Below are positions 9,225 through 18,601 of a stretch of DNA of 60,947 nucleotides, piece by piece. Location of the stretch: contig JACRFA010000033.1 in the NCBI GenBank assembly GCA_016218065.1, positions 1 to 60,947 on the forward strand. Reading direction: 5' to 3'. How positions within the stretch are numbered: position 1 is the stretch's first letter; each line of letters opens with the position of its first letter. The notes below the pieces were generated by a model. That model was given only the letters and a program-made list of their open reading frames with translations, was not told the origin of the DNA and made no database searches. Made by a program: the position numbers and the translations under genes. The stretch is from Ignavibacteriota bacterium. Its GTDB lineage: Bacteria; Bacteroidota; Ignavibacteria; UBA10030; UBA6906.

Positions 9225-9881
9225 ATGCTTTCCGTCACTGCCGTCATCATCAACTACCGAACGCCCGACCTCACATGTCAGGCGGTCGAGTCATTCCGCT
9301 CATTCTATCCCGACGCTGACCTTTTGCTGATCGACAACGGCTCTGCCGATCAGAGCGTTCAGCTACTCAAACGATTCGAGACGGCGACGCCGGCGCATAC
9401 GCGCTTCATCATCAATTCGACAAACCTGCATCACGGTCCCGCGATGGATCAGGCTATCAGGGCGAGCAAGAGTGAGTTAGTTTTCTTTTTGGATTCAGAT
9501 TGCATTGTGAGAGGCGGAGGTTTTCTGGAGACTATGCAACATATCTTGTCATCTCAGAAAGAGAACTACGCGATTGGAAAGCGCATCTTTATGAACTCAC
9601 GCGGCTTCGACATCGCTGAAAGTCCGGCGGCGATTCCCTACATCAGACCGTATTGTCTGATGATCAAGCGTGAGCTGTATGTCACGCTGCCGCCATTCAA
9701 CAAGCATGGCGCGCCGTGTCTGGCAAACATGCAGATGGCGTGGGAACGTCGGTTTGCGCTTCACCACTTTCCTGTTGATGAGTATGTTGAACACAAAGGC
9801 CGCGGCACTGCGTCGCGCCACGGCTATCATCTGGGTCTGCGCGGAAAAATGAATCATCTGCTTAACAAATTTGGGTTGTAA
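9225..9881 (+). CDS. glycosyltransferase family 2
   Basis: GT2 N-terminal pattern VIINYRTPDL..LIDNGSAD..FFLDSD (DxD). I chose the start at the ATG at 9225. Confidence 0.7.
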   Translation: MLSVTAVIINYRTPDLTCQAVESFRSFYPDADLLLIDNGSADQSVQLLKRFETATPAHTRFIINSTNLHHGPAMDQAIRASKSELVFFLDSDCIVRGGGFLETMQHILSSQKENYAIGKRIFMNSRGFDIAESPAAIPYIRPYCLMIKRELYVTLPPFNKHGAPCLANMQMAWERRFALHHFPVDEYVEHKGRGTASRHGYHLGLRGKMNHLLNKFGL

Positions 9882-9900
9882 ACTAATCTTGGAGGAACGT

Positions 9901-11265
9901 ATGCCTACCCGTCGTGAGTTTCTTCAGAAGTCCGCGCTGGCAACTGCCGGCGCCTTTCTTGCGCGCACGGCGCACAGCGCCGCGATGCCCGATCGTCCTC
10001 GCGTGATTGTTCTTGGCGCCGGTCTTGCCGGACTCGCGGCTGCGTACGCGCTGACGAAGGAACAGTGCGAGCTTGTTGTGCTTGAAGCGCGCAACCGCAT
10101 CGGCGGACGCGTTCTCTCGCACGACATCGACAGCGGCAAGAAGCTCACCGTTGAGCTGGGCGCGGAGTGGGTTGGCAACTCTCATGAGCGAGTGATCGCG
10201 CTGTGTAAGGAATTCGGCCTTGAGTTGTTCAACAACCAATTCGAAACCCATCTGATCTACAAGAACGAGTACTTCCCGCAGGGTCGATGGAACTTCTCCG
10301 AGTCATGGAACACAACGTACGCGAAGCTGCTCGCCGGCTTCGAGCACTTTTCAGACGTTCAAAAGCGCACGCTCGACAAGATGGATTGGTGGCGCTACCT
10401 GATGAACAATGGCATCGCCGAACGCGACCTGGACTTGCGCGAGCTTGCGGATAGTACGGACTTCGGCGAGAGTATTCGCCACGTGTCGGGGTACGCGGCC
10501 ATGACGGAGTATGCCGAATCGAGTCCCAAGAACGAGATGGACTTGAAGATTCGCGGCGGCAACAGCAGACTTCCGGAGGCGCTTGCTGCAAAAGTCGGTC
10601 GTGATCGAATCAAGCTGCAACACAAAGTCGCCGCCATCAAGCAAGAGGCGAAGGAGATGACCGTGACGTGTGAGAATGGCGCGTCGTTCACCGGCGACTT
10701 TGTCATCTGTACGCTTCCGACTTTTGCTCTGAGCAAGATCGAGTGGCTGCCTGCTTTGTCCGGCGAAAAGGTTGAGGCGATCAATGCCCTTCAGTATTGC
10801 CGCATCAACAAGCACGCTGTGTTGTTCAATGAGCGCTTCTGGAAGGATGAAGCATTTGATCTGTTGACCGACTCGAATGCACACTATTTCTATCATGCGA
10901 CGAAGAGTCAGAAGTCGGGGCAGGGTGTGCTGATATCCTATTCTGTGGGAGACAAGGCCGACGTGCTTGCGCGGCAGAACAATGCGTATCGAAAGCGGAT
11001 TATTGTCGATGCGCTGCGTCGGGGCTTCGGCGATTTGTCGCGGAGGTTTGTGCGACAGGTGAACTACTACTGGGGCAATGATCCGCATTCGATGGGAGCG
11101 TACGCGATCTATGGAAAGAATCAGTGGTTCACTCTGCAGCCGATACTGGCGAAGCCTCACGAACGCGTGTTCTTTGCCGGTGAGCATCTTGCCGACTGGC
11201 AAGGATTCATGGAGGGCGCCGTGGTCACAGGTGAAGACGCCGCGCGTGGCGTGCTTGAGTTCTGA
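9901..11265 (+). CDS. flavin-dependent amine oxidase family protein with a Tat signal
   Basis: Twin-arginine leader MPTRREFLQKSALATAGAFLA, FAD dinucleotide fold VIVLGAGLAGLAAAYAL and EARNRIGGR, and a GGAGG-type SD upstream of 9901. Confidence 0.8.
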   Translation: MPTRREFLQKSALATAGAFLARTAHSAAMPDRPRVIVLGAGLAGLAAAYALTKEQCELVVLEARNRIGGRVLSHDIDSGKKLTVELGAEWVGNSHERVIALCKEFGLELFNNQFETHLIYKNEYFPQGRWNFSESWNTTYAKLLAGFEHFSDVQKRTLDKMDWWRYLMNNGIAERDLDLRELADSTDFGESIRHVSGYAAMTEYAESSPKNEMDLKIRGGNSRLPEALAAKVGRDRIKLQHKVAAIKQEAKEMTVTCENGASFTGDFVICTLPTFALSKIEWLPALSGEKVEAINALQYCRINKHAVLFNERFWKDEAFDLLTDSNAHYFYHATKSQKSGQGVLISYSVGDKADVLARQNNAYRKRIIVDALRRGFGDLSRRFVRQVNYYWGNDPHSMGAYAIYGKNQWFTLQPILAKPHERVFFAGEHLADWQGFMEGAVVTGEDAARGVLEF

Positions 11266-11390
11266 CAGCATTCAGGGTTCTCTTTGGTGGGGAGATTTCA
11301 ACGTAGTGATTCTTCAGAGATTCTCGTACAGGTTGCGGCAGCCATTTTTTCTTAGTCAACTTTCTGAGGAAGAAACCCGTGCAAGCCTTG

Positions 11391-11598
11391 GAGATTCCCG
11401 AAAACGCCAGAAAATTATCTCGGCATCTTTTGATTGTCATTCTGAACGGAGTCCAGACTGCTTCCCAAGTCGGGACGGAGTGAATGCCGCTTCGCAGGCA
11501 TCCCCTTGGGAGAATCCAGTACGGGTTTCTGGATTCTTCGCCTCTGTAAGGCGAGGCTCAGAAAGACAGTTCATAAGCAGTTTCGATGGGGAATCTCC
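11391..11598. repeat. composite palindromic intergenic element (compact copy of the family also seen at 28921, 38456, 50437 and 56493)
   Basis: Terminal inverted repeats gagattccc(g) / (g)gggaatctc. Internal modules ttgattgtcattctgaac, actgcttcccaagtcgggacggagtgaa and cgcctct..gcgaggct are shared with 38456-38906. Confidence 0.75.
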
Positions 11599-11664
11599 AC
11601 TGCAGGCCATCTTGACGAAGGGTTCACTTTTGAGTAGATTCGAACTGTAAATGGAGAACAGCAA

Positions 11665-11892
11665 GTGCACGAACGAATTGAAATCAACCCAGACATTATG
11701 ATGGGCAAACCGGTAATTCGTGGCACAAGAATCCCGGTTGAGCTTCTGCTTCGCAAATTGAGTGAAGGAGCTTCGGCGGCTGATCTGTTGGATGCGTATC
11801 CGCGTTTGACAACGGAGGATGTTCATGCTGCACTTCGATACGCGGCTGATATGCTGGCCCACGAAACGATTCTGATTCAACCCGCCGCCTGA
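11665..11892 (+). CDS. DUF433-domain protein (putative antitoxin)
   Basis: INPDIMMGKPVIRGTRIPVELLL..YP.LT.EDV.AAL.YA is the DUF433 signature. GTG start. It is paired with a DUF5615-like gene 8 nt downstream. Confidence 0.75.
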   Translation: MHERIEINPDIMMGKPVIRGTRIPVELLLRKLSEGASAADLLDAYPRLTTEDVHAALRYAADMLAHETILIQPAA

Positions 11893-11899
11893 GAATCTT

Positions 11900-12259
11900 A
11901 TGCTCCGCTTTCTTGCTGATGAGAGCTGCGATTTTGCAGTCGTTCGAGCACTGCGCGAGGATGGTTATGACGTGCTAGCCGTTTCAGAAATTATGCGGCG
12001 TTCTGACGATCGCGAATTGATTCTTTCGGCAGACGACGAAGGGCGAGTCCTGCTTACGGAAGACAAAGATTTCGGGTGGTGGGTTTATGTCAGCAGTGAA
12101 AATTCTCCTGGTGTTATTCTCATCCGCTTTCCCGGAAATCTTCGATCTACGCTGGCGCAAAGCGTGAGGAACGTGGTTCGAGATCAGGGTACGAAACTGC
12201 TCGGGATGTTTGTTGTGGTTCAACCGGGCATGACTCGGATCGGACGCACACGATCGTGA
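11900..12259 (+). CDS. DUF5615-family PIN-like protein (putative toxin)
   Basis: The N-terminus MLRFLADESCD plus conserved acidic residues (TEDKDFG) are typical of the PIN-like DUF5615 partners of DUF433. Confidence 0.65.
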   Translation: MLRFLADESCDFAVVRALREDGYDVLAVSEIMRRSDDRELILSADDEGRVLLTEDKDFGWWVYVSSENSPGVILIRFPGNLRSTLAQSVRNVVRDQGTKLLGMFVVVQPGMTRIGRTRS

Positions 12260-12330
12260 GCCTTCCACAAATTGGTTTGGTCGTCTCTCTTGTATTCTGA
12301 TTGCCATTAGCATATATTTCTTCCGCAAAA

Positions 12331-12413
12331 CCGTTAGGGGTGTCCCGCAAAAAGTCGGGACTGAGAACACACCCTAAAAACCTGATCTGGACAATACCAG
12401 CGTAGGGAAACGG
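12331..12413 (+). promoter_or_regulatory. TPP (THI-element) riboswitch aptamer
   Basis: The near-invariant THI-box core is read directly: ccgtt-aGGGGTGtcccgcaaaaagtcgggaCTGAGAacacACCCtaaaaACCTGATCTGGacAATaCCAGCGTAGGGAa-acgg. P1 pairs ccgtt with aacgg. Confidence 0.92.
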
Positions 12414-12441
12414 AGACAAGATCTTCTTCTTGATTTCTCAT

Positions 12442-12490
12442 CAGCCGTTTTCCTTTCGATCATCGATCAGGAAACGGCTGAAGTGTTTTA
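12442..12490 (+). terminator. riboswitch expression platform: terminator hairpin with an alternative antiterminator pairing
   Basis: cagccgttttcc (12442-12453) pairs with ggaaacggctg (12470-12480) and is followed by aagtgtttta. The same ccgttttcc can instead pair with ggaaacgg of the aptamer 3' strand (12406-12413), giving mutually exclusive structures. Confidence 0.7.
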
Positions 12491-12502
12491 TGGAGGAATA
12501 GT

Positions 12503-14986
12503 ATGAAGAAGTTTCTTGACGACTTTACGTTTCGGCGGCTTGCCTTGTTGGGCACGCTCGCAATGCTCGCGACGTTTGCACTAGCGGAGACATCAGCAAT
12601 CAAAGGCGCCGTGATCGATGACGCGACGCGACGACCGCTCTCCGGCGTGAATGTGCTGGTCGAGGGAACCGGACTTGGGGCCACGACCGATGAACGTGGA
12701 GAGTACTTCATCGGCGGGCTTCGCGAGACAACGTACGTTGTGAAGGCATCGCGGGTTGGTTATGCAACGCAACGATTCCGCACAGTGCTTGGGGAAGGAG
12801 CCACGCAAATCGATTTTACGCTTCGTGTTTTGGAAATACTCGGCGAACCCATCGTCGTCACCGCGACGCGGGGCAGGCCGGGCGAAACACCCGAAACGAA
12901 TTCGACGCTCGACAAGCGCACGATTCGCGAACGCTACACGACGCAAGACATTCCGATTCTCCTTTCCGAACTTCCATCGATCACGACCTACAGCGAAGCG
13001 GGGAATGGCATTGGGTACACATATCTCAACATTCGCGGGTTTGACGCGCGGCGCGTCGCGGTGATGGTGAACGGTATTCCGCAAAACGATCCGGAAGATC
13101 ACAACGTGTACTGGCTCGACATGCCGGATATCGCATCAAGCGTGGAGGATATTCAAGTGCAGCGCGGCGCGGGGAGCGCATTTTACGGCCCGCCGGCGAT
13201 CGGCGGCTCTGTCAATCTGGTGACGAACAACTTCGGACGTGAGCGTTCGCTGCAACTCTCGGCGGGCGTCGGCGGCTTCAACACGCGAAGGTACGCGGCA
13301 TCGTTTTCCTCGGGACTCATTGATAACCAGTATGCCATTCATGGGAAGCTTGCTCACATCCTGAGCGACGGCTATCGCGAGAAATCCTGGGTGGACTTCA
13401 GCAGCTACTTTCTTGGCGTGATCAGGTACGATGAAGACATGACGACGCAGATCAACTTCTACGGCGGTCCCGTTGCCGATGGTCTGGCGTACTATGGAAA
13501 TCCGAAAGCGTTCGTGAAGGATCGTACGCTGAGAAAGAAAAACTTCAGCTACTGGGAGCCGGGCTATTTCATCGAACGCCGACGAGATGAGATTGAAAAC
13601 TTCTCGCAACCCCACTACGAGCTTTTCCACGAATGGCGGCTCAGCGATTCGCTGGCGCTCAACAACACGCTGTTTCTCGTCTTCGGCGATGGATTCTTTG
13701 ACTACGATGGCTCGTGGGCGCCGTACTCATACTATCGCATCACGAGAGAGAACGGATTCAACTTCACAGGTGATCCCGACGCACTCTACTTCCCGAACGC
13801 GCTTATTCACGCCGTTGCGAGCAACAAACAGTGGGGCTGGCTGCCGCGCATAACCGTGAAGCATGACAACGGAGAGTTTATTGCCGGCGCTGAACTGCGC
13901 ATTCATCGCTCGGATCATTGGGGAAGCCTGAAGCGCGCCGACGCGATTCCGGTGAGCATTCCGGAAAATTACCGCTACTACGAGTACAAAGGAGCGAAGG
14001 ACATCCTTTCTCTCTACGCGCAAGAGTTGTATCGATTCACGCCGGCTGTCACAGGCCTGGTCAGTCTGCAATACGCCTATAATCGTTATCGTGTGTATCG
14101 TGAGAAGTATTTGGGAACGGATTTCTCGATGCCGTATCACTTCATCAATCCTCGGATCGGCGTCAACTACAATTTCGATCGTAACTGGAGCAGCTATCTT
14201 AGCGCGGCGTTCACGTCACGAGAACCACGACTGAAGAATCTGTACGACGCGGCTGAGTCAAGCGGCGGCAGCACGCCGCAGTTTGCAGCGGCCAACGCTG
14301 GGCAATTCGATTTCTCGTCGCCGCTGGTCAAACCTGAGCGACTGTTTGACATCGAAGTCGGCGGCGCGTTCTCAACCGAGAATGCTCATGTGAATGCGAA
14401 TCTCTTCTGGATGGGATTCTCGGATGAGATCGTCAAGAGCGGGCAGGTGGACCGGTTCGGTCAGCCGATTACCGGGAATGCTGAACGCACGCGTCACGTC
14501 GGCGTTGAGCTGGGCGGACGCGTTGCCGTGGCGGAAGGTCTGGAGTTCAGAGCAAACACGACCATCAGCCGGAACCGATTTGTTCGCCACACCGAATACG
14601 TCAAGCAAACAAACCCTACGACAGGCCAGCGGGAAGTAGTGCCGATGAATGTCAAGGGCAACCCGATTGCCGGATTTCCGGATTTTATGGCCAACGCGAG
14701 CCTCACCTATCGCGCGGCGAATCTTGTTTTGTACCTTTCGGGAAAGTACGTCGGCAAACAGTACACGGACAACTTCAAAGATGAAGAGAACACCGTCGAT
14801 CCGTATTTCGTGAGCGATGCGTCGGCTTCGTACAAATTCGAATGCTTGCCCGGCAACACGTCGCTGGAATTGAAATTACAGGTGAACAATCTCTTCGACC
14901 GGCTGTATGCAGCATACGGCGAAGGCAATCAGTTCTTTGTCGGCGCTGAGCGAAATGTGTTCTTCAATGTCGCATTCAATCTCTAG
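12503..14986 (+). CDS. TonB-dependent outer-membrane receptor (CarboxypepD_reg N-terminal domain), probable thiamine/TPP-precursor receptor
   Basis: Signal peptide, a CarboxypepD_reg-like segment (IKGAVIDDATRRPLSGVNVLVEGT..TDERGEYFI), plug blocks (NIRGFDARRVAVMVNGIPQND, VQRGAGSAFYG) and a long beta-barrel. It is the first gene after the TPP riboswitch. Confidence 0.85.
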   Translation: MKKFLDDFTFRRLALLGTLAMLATFALAETSAIKGAVIDDATRRPLSGVNVLVEGTGLGATTDERGEYFIGGLRETTYVVKASRVGYATQRFRTVLGEGATQIDFTLRVLEILGEPIVVTATRGRPGETPETNSTLDKRTIRERYTTQDIPILLSELPSITTYSEAGNGIGYTYLNIRGFDARRVAVMVNGIPQNDPEDHNVYWLDMPDIASSVEDIQVQRGAGSAFYGPPAIGGSVNLVTNNFGRERSLQLSAGVGGFNTRRYAASFSSGLIDNQYAIHGKLAHILSDGYREKSWVDFSSYFLGVIRYDEDMTTQINFYGGPVADGLAYYGNPKAFVKDRTLRKKNFSYWEPGYFIERRRDEIENFSQPHYELFHEWRLSDSLALNNTLFLVFGDGFFDYDGSWAPYSYYRITRENGFNFTGDPDALYFPNALIHAVASNKQWGWLPRITVKHDNGEFIAGAELRIHRSDHWGSLKRADAIPVSIPENYRYYEYKGAKDILSLYAQELYRFTPAVTGLVSLQYAYNRYRVYREKYLGTDFSMPYHFINPRIGVNYNFDRNWSSYLSAAFTSREPRLKNLYDAAESSGGSTPQFAAANAGQFDFSSPLVKPERLFDIEVGGAFSTENAHVNANLFWMGFSDEIVKSGQVDRFGQPITGNAERTRHVGVELGGRVAVAEGLEFRANTTISRNRFVRHTEYVKQTNPTTGQREVVPMNVKGNPIAGFPDFMANASLTYRAANLVLYLSGKYVGKQYTDNFKDEENTVDPYFVSDASASYKFECLPGNTSLELKLQVNNLFDRLYAAYGEGNQFFVGAERNVFFNVAFNL

Positions 14987-14991
14987 CAATT

Positions 14992-15660
14992 ATGCATACA
15001 ACACGTCGCAAGAAGAACGCTGAAGCTCTGCTGATTTGCAACGGCGAACCGCCGGGCAAATTGCTTGCAGCAAGCTGCGCCAGGAATGCCTCGATCATTG
15101 TCGCGGCTGATGGCGGGGCGAACGTTGCCGCACAACTCAACGTCTCGCCTGATGTCATCATCGGCGATCTGGATTCTGTTGCGAAGAAAACCCTGCGCCG
15201 CTTCACGTCGGCGGAGTTGATTCAAGTGCGTCGTCAGGACAACACGGACATGGAGAAGGCGTTGGATTTTCTTGAGAAGAAGAAGATCGGCACGGTCACG
15301 ATCATTGCAGCAACGGGGAAGAGACTTGACCACACGCTCGGCAACCTCTCTGTTCTTTGGAACTACACTGCGTCGATGAGGATCAGAGTTCTTGCCGATG
15401 ATTGGATTGGAATTCCCTTCAGTGGAAAGCTTCGTGTCGCAGCGAAGGTCGGAACGACTGTCAGTCTGCTTCCGTTCGGCGCGTGCGCCGGCATTACGCT
15501 TCGTGGAGTGAAGTACGCGCTGACGAATGCGTCGATGCGCGTCGGCGAGATTGGCGTTAGCAACGTTGCTGTGAAGAAGCAATTTGCCCTCGAGGTGCGG
15601 AAGGGAAAGATGTTGGTGATTCTGCTCGCCGCGCCGTCCACCGTGAATATTCTCTCCTGA
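14992..15660 (+). CDS. thiN: thiamine diphosphokinase (thiamine pyrophosphokinase)
   Basis: TPK blocks LICNGEPP, VAADGGAN, PDVIIGDLDS and DNTDMEKAL, plus a C-terminal thiamine-binding domain. 222 aa. Confidence 0.85.
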   Translation: MHTTRRKKNAEALLICNGEPPGKLLAASCARNASIIVAADGGANVAAQLNVSPDVIIGDLDSVAKKTLRRFTSAELIQVRRQDNTDMEKALDFLEKKKIGTVTIIAATGKRLDHTLGNLSVLWNYTASMRIRVLADDWIGIPFSGKLRVAAKVGTTVSLLPFGACAGITLRGVKYALTNASMRVGEIGVSNVAVKKQFALEVRKGKMLVILLAAPSTVNILS

Positions 15661-17090
15661 TGATCACTCTCTCGCCAATCGATATCGCGCTTATTGCCGC
15701 GTACTTTGTTTCTGTTTTGGTGATTGGATTTCTCTCCGCGAAGAAAGGCTCCGACTCTGCGGAGTTCCTGCTGGCAGGACGCTCACTCACGCTGCCGATA
15801 TTTGTCATGACGTTGGTTTCGACATGGTACGGCGGCATTCTTGGCGTCGGGGAGTTTTCGTATCTCTACGGCATTTCGAATTGGATCGTGCAAGGAGTTC
15901 CGTACTACATTTTCGCGGTCGTGTTCGCATTGTTTCTCGCCAGAAAAGTACGCGCAGCGAATCATCTGACGATACCGGATAAGCTGCATGAAGCGTACGG
16001 CGTGAAAACTTCGCTCCTCGGCGCTGTGCTTGTGTTCATTCTGATGACTCCCGCTCCGTACATGCTCATGCTTGCCGTGCTGCTGCAACTTGTTACCGGA
16101 TGGAGTCTTGCGCTCTGTCTTCTCATCGGAACAGTTGCGACGACGGTGTATCTTTTTGTTGGTGGATTTCGGTCCGATGTCAACACCGACGTTTTTGAAT
16201 TTGTGTTGATGTTTGCGGGCTTCGCCGTGATTCTTCCGTTTGCGTTCGAAAAGTTCGGCGGGGTAGAGTTCATCCGGCAGAATGTTCCTCCGCCTCACCT
16301 CACATGGAATGGAGGTAACTCAATTCAGTTCGTCATCGTCTGGTTCTTCATCGCGCTCTGGACGCTGGTTGATCCCGCGTTTCATCAGCGTTGCAGCGCG
16401 GCGAAGTCGGGCGCAGTCGCGCAGCGGGGAATTCTCATCTCGATCGTCTTCTGGTTTTTCTTCGATGCGATGACGGCCACCGCCGGACTGTACGCGCGTG
16501 CGGCGCTGCCTTCGTTGCAACAACCGATCATGGCGTACCCGCTGCTTGCCGAGCTGACATTGCCGCCGATTGCGAAGGGGTTATTCTACATCGGCATGCT
16601 GGCAACAATCATGTCCACGCTCAATTCGCTTCTGTTCATTTCGGCGACGACATTCGGGCGTGACGTTGTGTGGAGACTGCGTCGCAGCGCGGATGATGCG
16701 AGCGTGAAGCGCTATACTAAACTCGGGTTGGCGGTGACGGGAATTCTCTCGATTGGATTGAGCCTGCTCATTCCGTCGGTGATCAAACTCTGGTACACGA
16801 TCGGCACGATCGTCATTCCCGGATTGCTCGTGCCGCTGCTCGCGAGTTACAGTCGGCGATTTACCATGAGTCCGCAGATTGCTTTTGCCGCGATGCTGGG
16901 CGGGTGGCTCGCATCGACGGGATGGCTGATCGTCGGCTGGCGGACCGGAATGTCCACGCCAAGTTATCCGCTCGGCATCGAGCCGATGTATCCTGGGCTG
17001 ATGGTTGCTCTTCTCTGTTGGATGTTTGGGATGGCGGCGAAACCCGAAGCATGGATTTGGAGCAAGTATCGTGAGGATGGGAGGTCGTGA
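15660..17090 (+). CDS. sodium:solute symporter (SSS) family permease, candidate thiamine or thiamine-precursor importer
   Basis: About 13 hydrophobic helices with an SSS-type N-terminus (FLLAGRSL..STWYGGILGVGEFSY). Its start overlaps the TPK stop (TGATG), placing it in the riboswitch-controlled operon. Confidence 0.7.
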   Translation: MITLSPIDIALIAAYFVSVLVIGFLSAKKGSDSAEFLLAGRSLTLPIFVMTLVSTWYGGILGVGEFSYLYGISNWIVQGVPYYIFAVVFALFLARKVRAANHLTIPDKLHEAYGVKTSLLGAVLVFILMTPAPYMLMLAVLLQLVTGWSLALCLLIGTVATTVYLFVGGFRSDVNTDVFEFVLMFAGFAVILPFAFEKFGGVEFIRQNVPPPHLTWNGGNSIQFVIVWFFIALWTLVDPAFHQRCSAAKSGAVAQRGILISIVFWFFFDAMTATAGLYARAALPSLQQPIMAYPLLAELTLPPIAKGLFYIGMLATIMSTLNSLLFISATTFGRDVVWRLRRSADDASVKRYTKLGLAVTGILSIGLSLLIPSVIKLWYTIGTIVIPGLLVPLLASYSRRFTMSPQIAFAAMLGGWLASTGWLIVGWRTGMSTPSYPLGIEPMYPGLMVALLCWMFGMAAKPEAWIWSKYREDGRS

Positions 17091-17174
17091 ATGACGGTGG
17101 ATAAATTCCAAATCGCGAACAAATTGGAAAATCCAAATTCCAAAAATGGAAAACGGGACTTTGCGATACCATTT

Positions 17175-18410
17175 TCAGAACGTCGCTCGTTTTTCCCTTG
17201 AGCGGAAGTATGCGGCAGCAGCTGTTGCTGTGAGGGAGGGAATCAGAACGATGGAGAAGCGCGCGATCGCGAACACGGGCAGATGCGCTGCGACGTACGC
17301 GAGCGCCGCGTAGAACGGAATCAACGCGTCGCTCGGCCAACGCTCTGCACGGAACATGCGCCACGCGCCAACAAGTGAGAAGACGAGTAAACTCCCTTGC
17401 GCCAGCGCCATGACGAACGTAATGCCGGGCGTACTTGCCAGCGACCAAATCCAGACGGAGTTGATGGAAATTTTCTTCATGAGGAAAAGCGGGTCGCGCA
17501 TATAGCGATCTGTGCTTTTGCGGAACAGCTCAGCGTCGCGTTCCGTTTCAAGCCAACCAAGTGTGTGCGTTGAGTCCCGTGCGTCGATCCATTGGCGCAG
17601 GCCCGTGTCGTTCACGCCGTAGATTAGTGGTATGTACGCGAGCGGCGACTCCGGGGCATGATCCACAAAATAATCGGACACGGTGAGATTGTAGCCGACT
17701 AGCGCTTGCAGCACGGGCCATCGACCGGTGAGAGAATAATTCCGGACAATCCAGGGAGCGATGACGACTACCGCGACGGATACGAGCGCGGCTGCATGTC
17801 GCCACCGACTGCTAAAGCCACGACGCGTGACAATCAGAATCGGAAACAAAATCAGCAGCGGAATAAACACTGCCTTGCACCACAATCCGACTCCGATCAC
17901 GAGACCTGCGAGAGCCGCGTTCTTCAGTGATGGCGACTGCCAATAGCGCACGAACGTGAACACTGTAAGACTGAAGAGAAACGTCAGAAGCGTTTCGACG
18001 ATCAAGCGTCCTGAGTACCAGAGCAGCAACGGATGTATCGCGCAGATGAGACCGGTGAGCACACCAGCCTGCTTGCCGCCCAAACGGAAGCCCAGGCGAA
18101 CTGCAACGAGAACTGTGAACGCGTGAATAATTGCTTGCACGATGAGGGCAACGGGTTGATAGTTCTCGCCGCCAATGGCCATCGACAACGCAAGCAACAG
18201 AGGATGCAGCGGCGGACGAAGAACTGTCGGAGAAGAGTCGGGGTAGTATGACAACGTACCGTAGCGCAGCAATCCTTCGGCAAGCGCGTCGTAGCGGTCA
18301 CTCATTGGCGAGCTGCCGAGCGGTTCGGCGATGAGCGGGTAGATCAAAAACGAAATCGCAAGTGAGGCCGCGAGGCCGACAATGGGGAGAATGAGAAACA
18401 GCTTCTTCAT
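17175..18410 (-). CDS. polytopic glycosyltransferase, GT39/ArnT-like (PMT_2) family
   Basis: Multi-pass membrane protein with the family-typical RPPLHPLLLAL block after the first loop. 411 aa. Confidence 0.6.
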   Translation of the reverse strand: MKKLFLILPIVGLAASLAISFLIYPLIAEPLGSSPMSDRYDALAEGLLRYGTLSYYPDSSPTVLRPPLHPLLLALSMAIGGENYQPVALIVQAIIHAFTVLVAVRLGFRLGGKQAGVLTGLICAIHPLLLWYSGRLIVETLLTFLFSLTVFTFVRYWQSPSLKNAALAGLVIGVGLWCKAVFIPLLILFPILIVTRRGFSSRWRHAAALVSVAVVVIAPWIVRNYSLTGRWPVLQALVGYNLTVSDYFVDHAPESPLAYIPLIYGVNDTGLRQWIDARDSTHTLGWLETERDAELFRKSTDRYMRDPLFLMKKISINSVWIWSLASTPGITFVMALAQGSLLVFSLVGAWRMFRAERWPSDALIPFYAALAYVAAHLPVFAIARFSIVLIPSLTATAAAAYFRSREKRATF

Positions 18411-18601
18411 TTACGTTGATATATGTGCGTTACGATGTCTGGATTCTTTCGCATTTGTTGAAAGAACCTTGATTCTTTATCCACGAAGTTCACGAAGGAC
18501 ACGAAGGGTTGTTTTTGGGATAGCATTTGAAAGACCTTCGTGCATGGATTGAGTTTTTTTCAACAACCTGCCAGATTGTTCCCGGCTCGGAAAAACGAGC
18601 C

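Noticed and set aside
10351-11271. 306-aa minus-strand ORF. Similar long antisense ORFs lie at 34346-35125, 36808-37641 and 60073-60795.
   Set aside because: Each lies opposite a gene with strong family motifs (amine oxidase, FG-GAP protein, beta-helix protein, HTCS). None shows motifs or sensible start contexts.
11078-11880. ORFs 11078-11650 (+) and 11437-11880 (-) spanning the intergenic element.
   Set aside because: They run through the composite repeat (11391-11598) and overlap the 3' end of the amine oxidase gene or the DUF433 gene. They show no motifs.
17100-17150. The A-rich motif ccaaattccaa, shared with 35975-36015.
   Set aside because: It is a short, low-complexity match in AT-rich intergenic DNA. 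That is insufficient to call a repeat family or a regulatory site.
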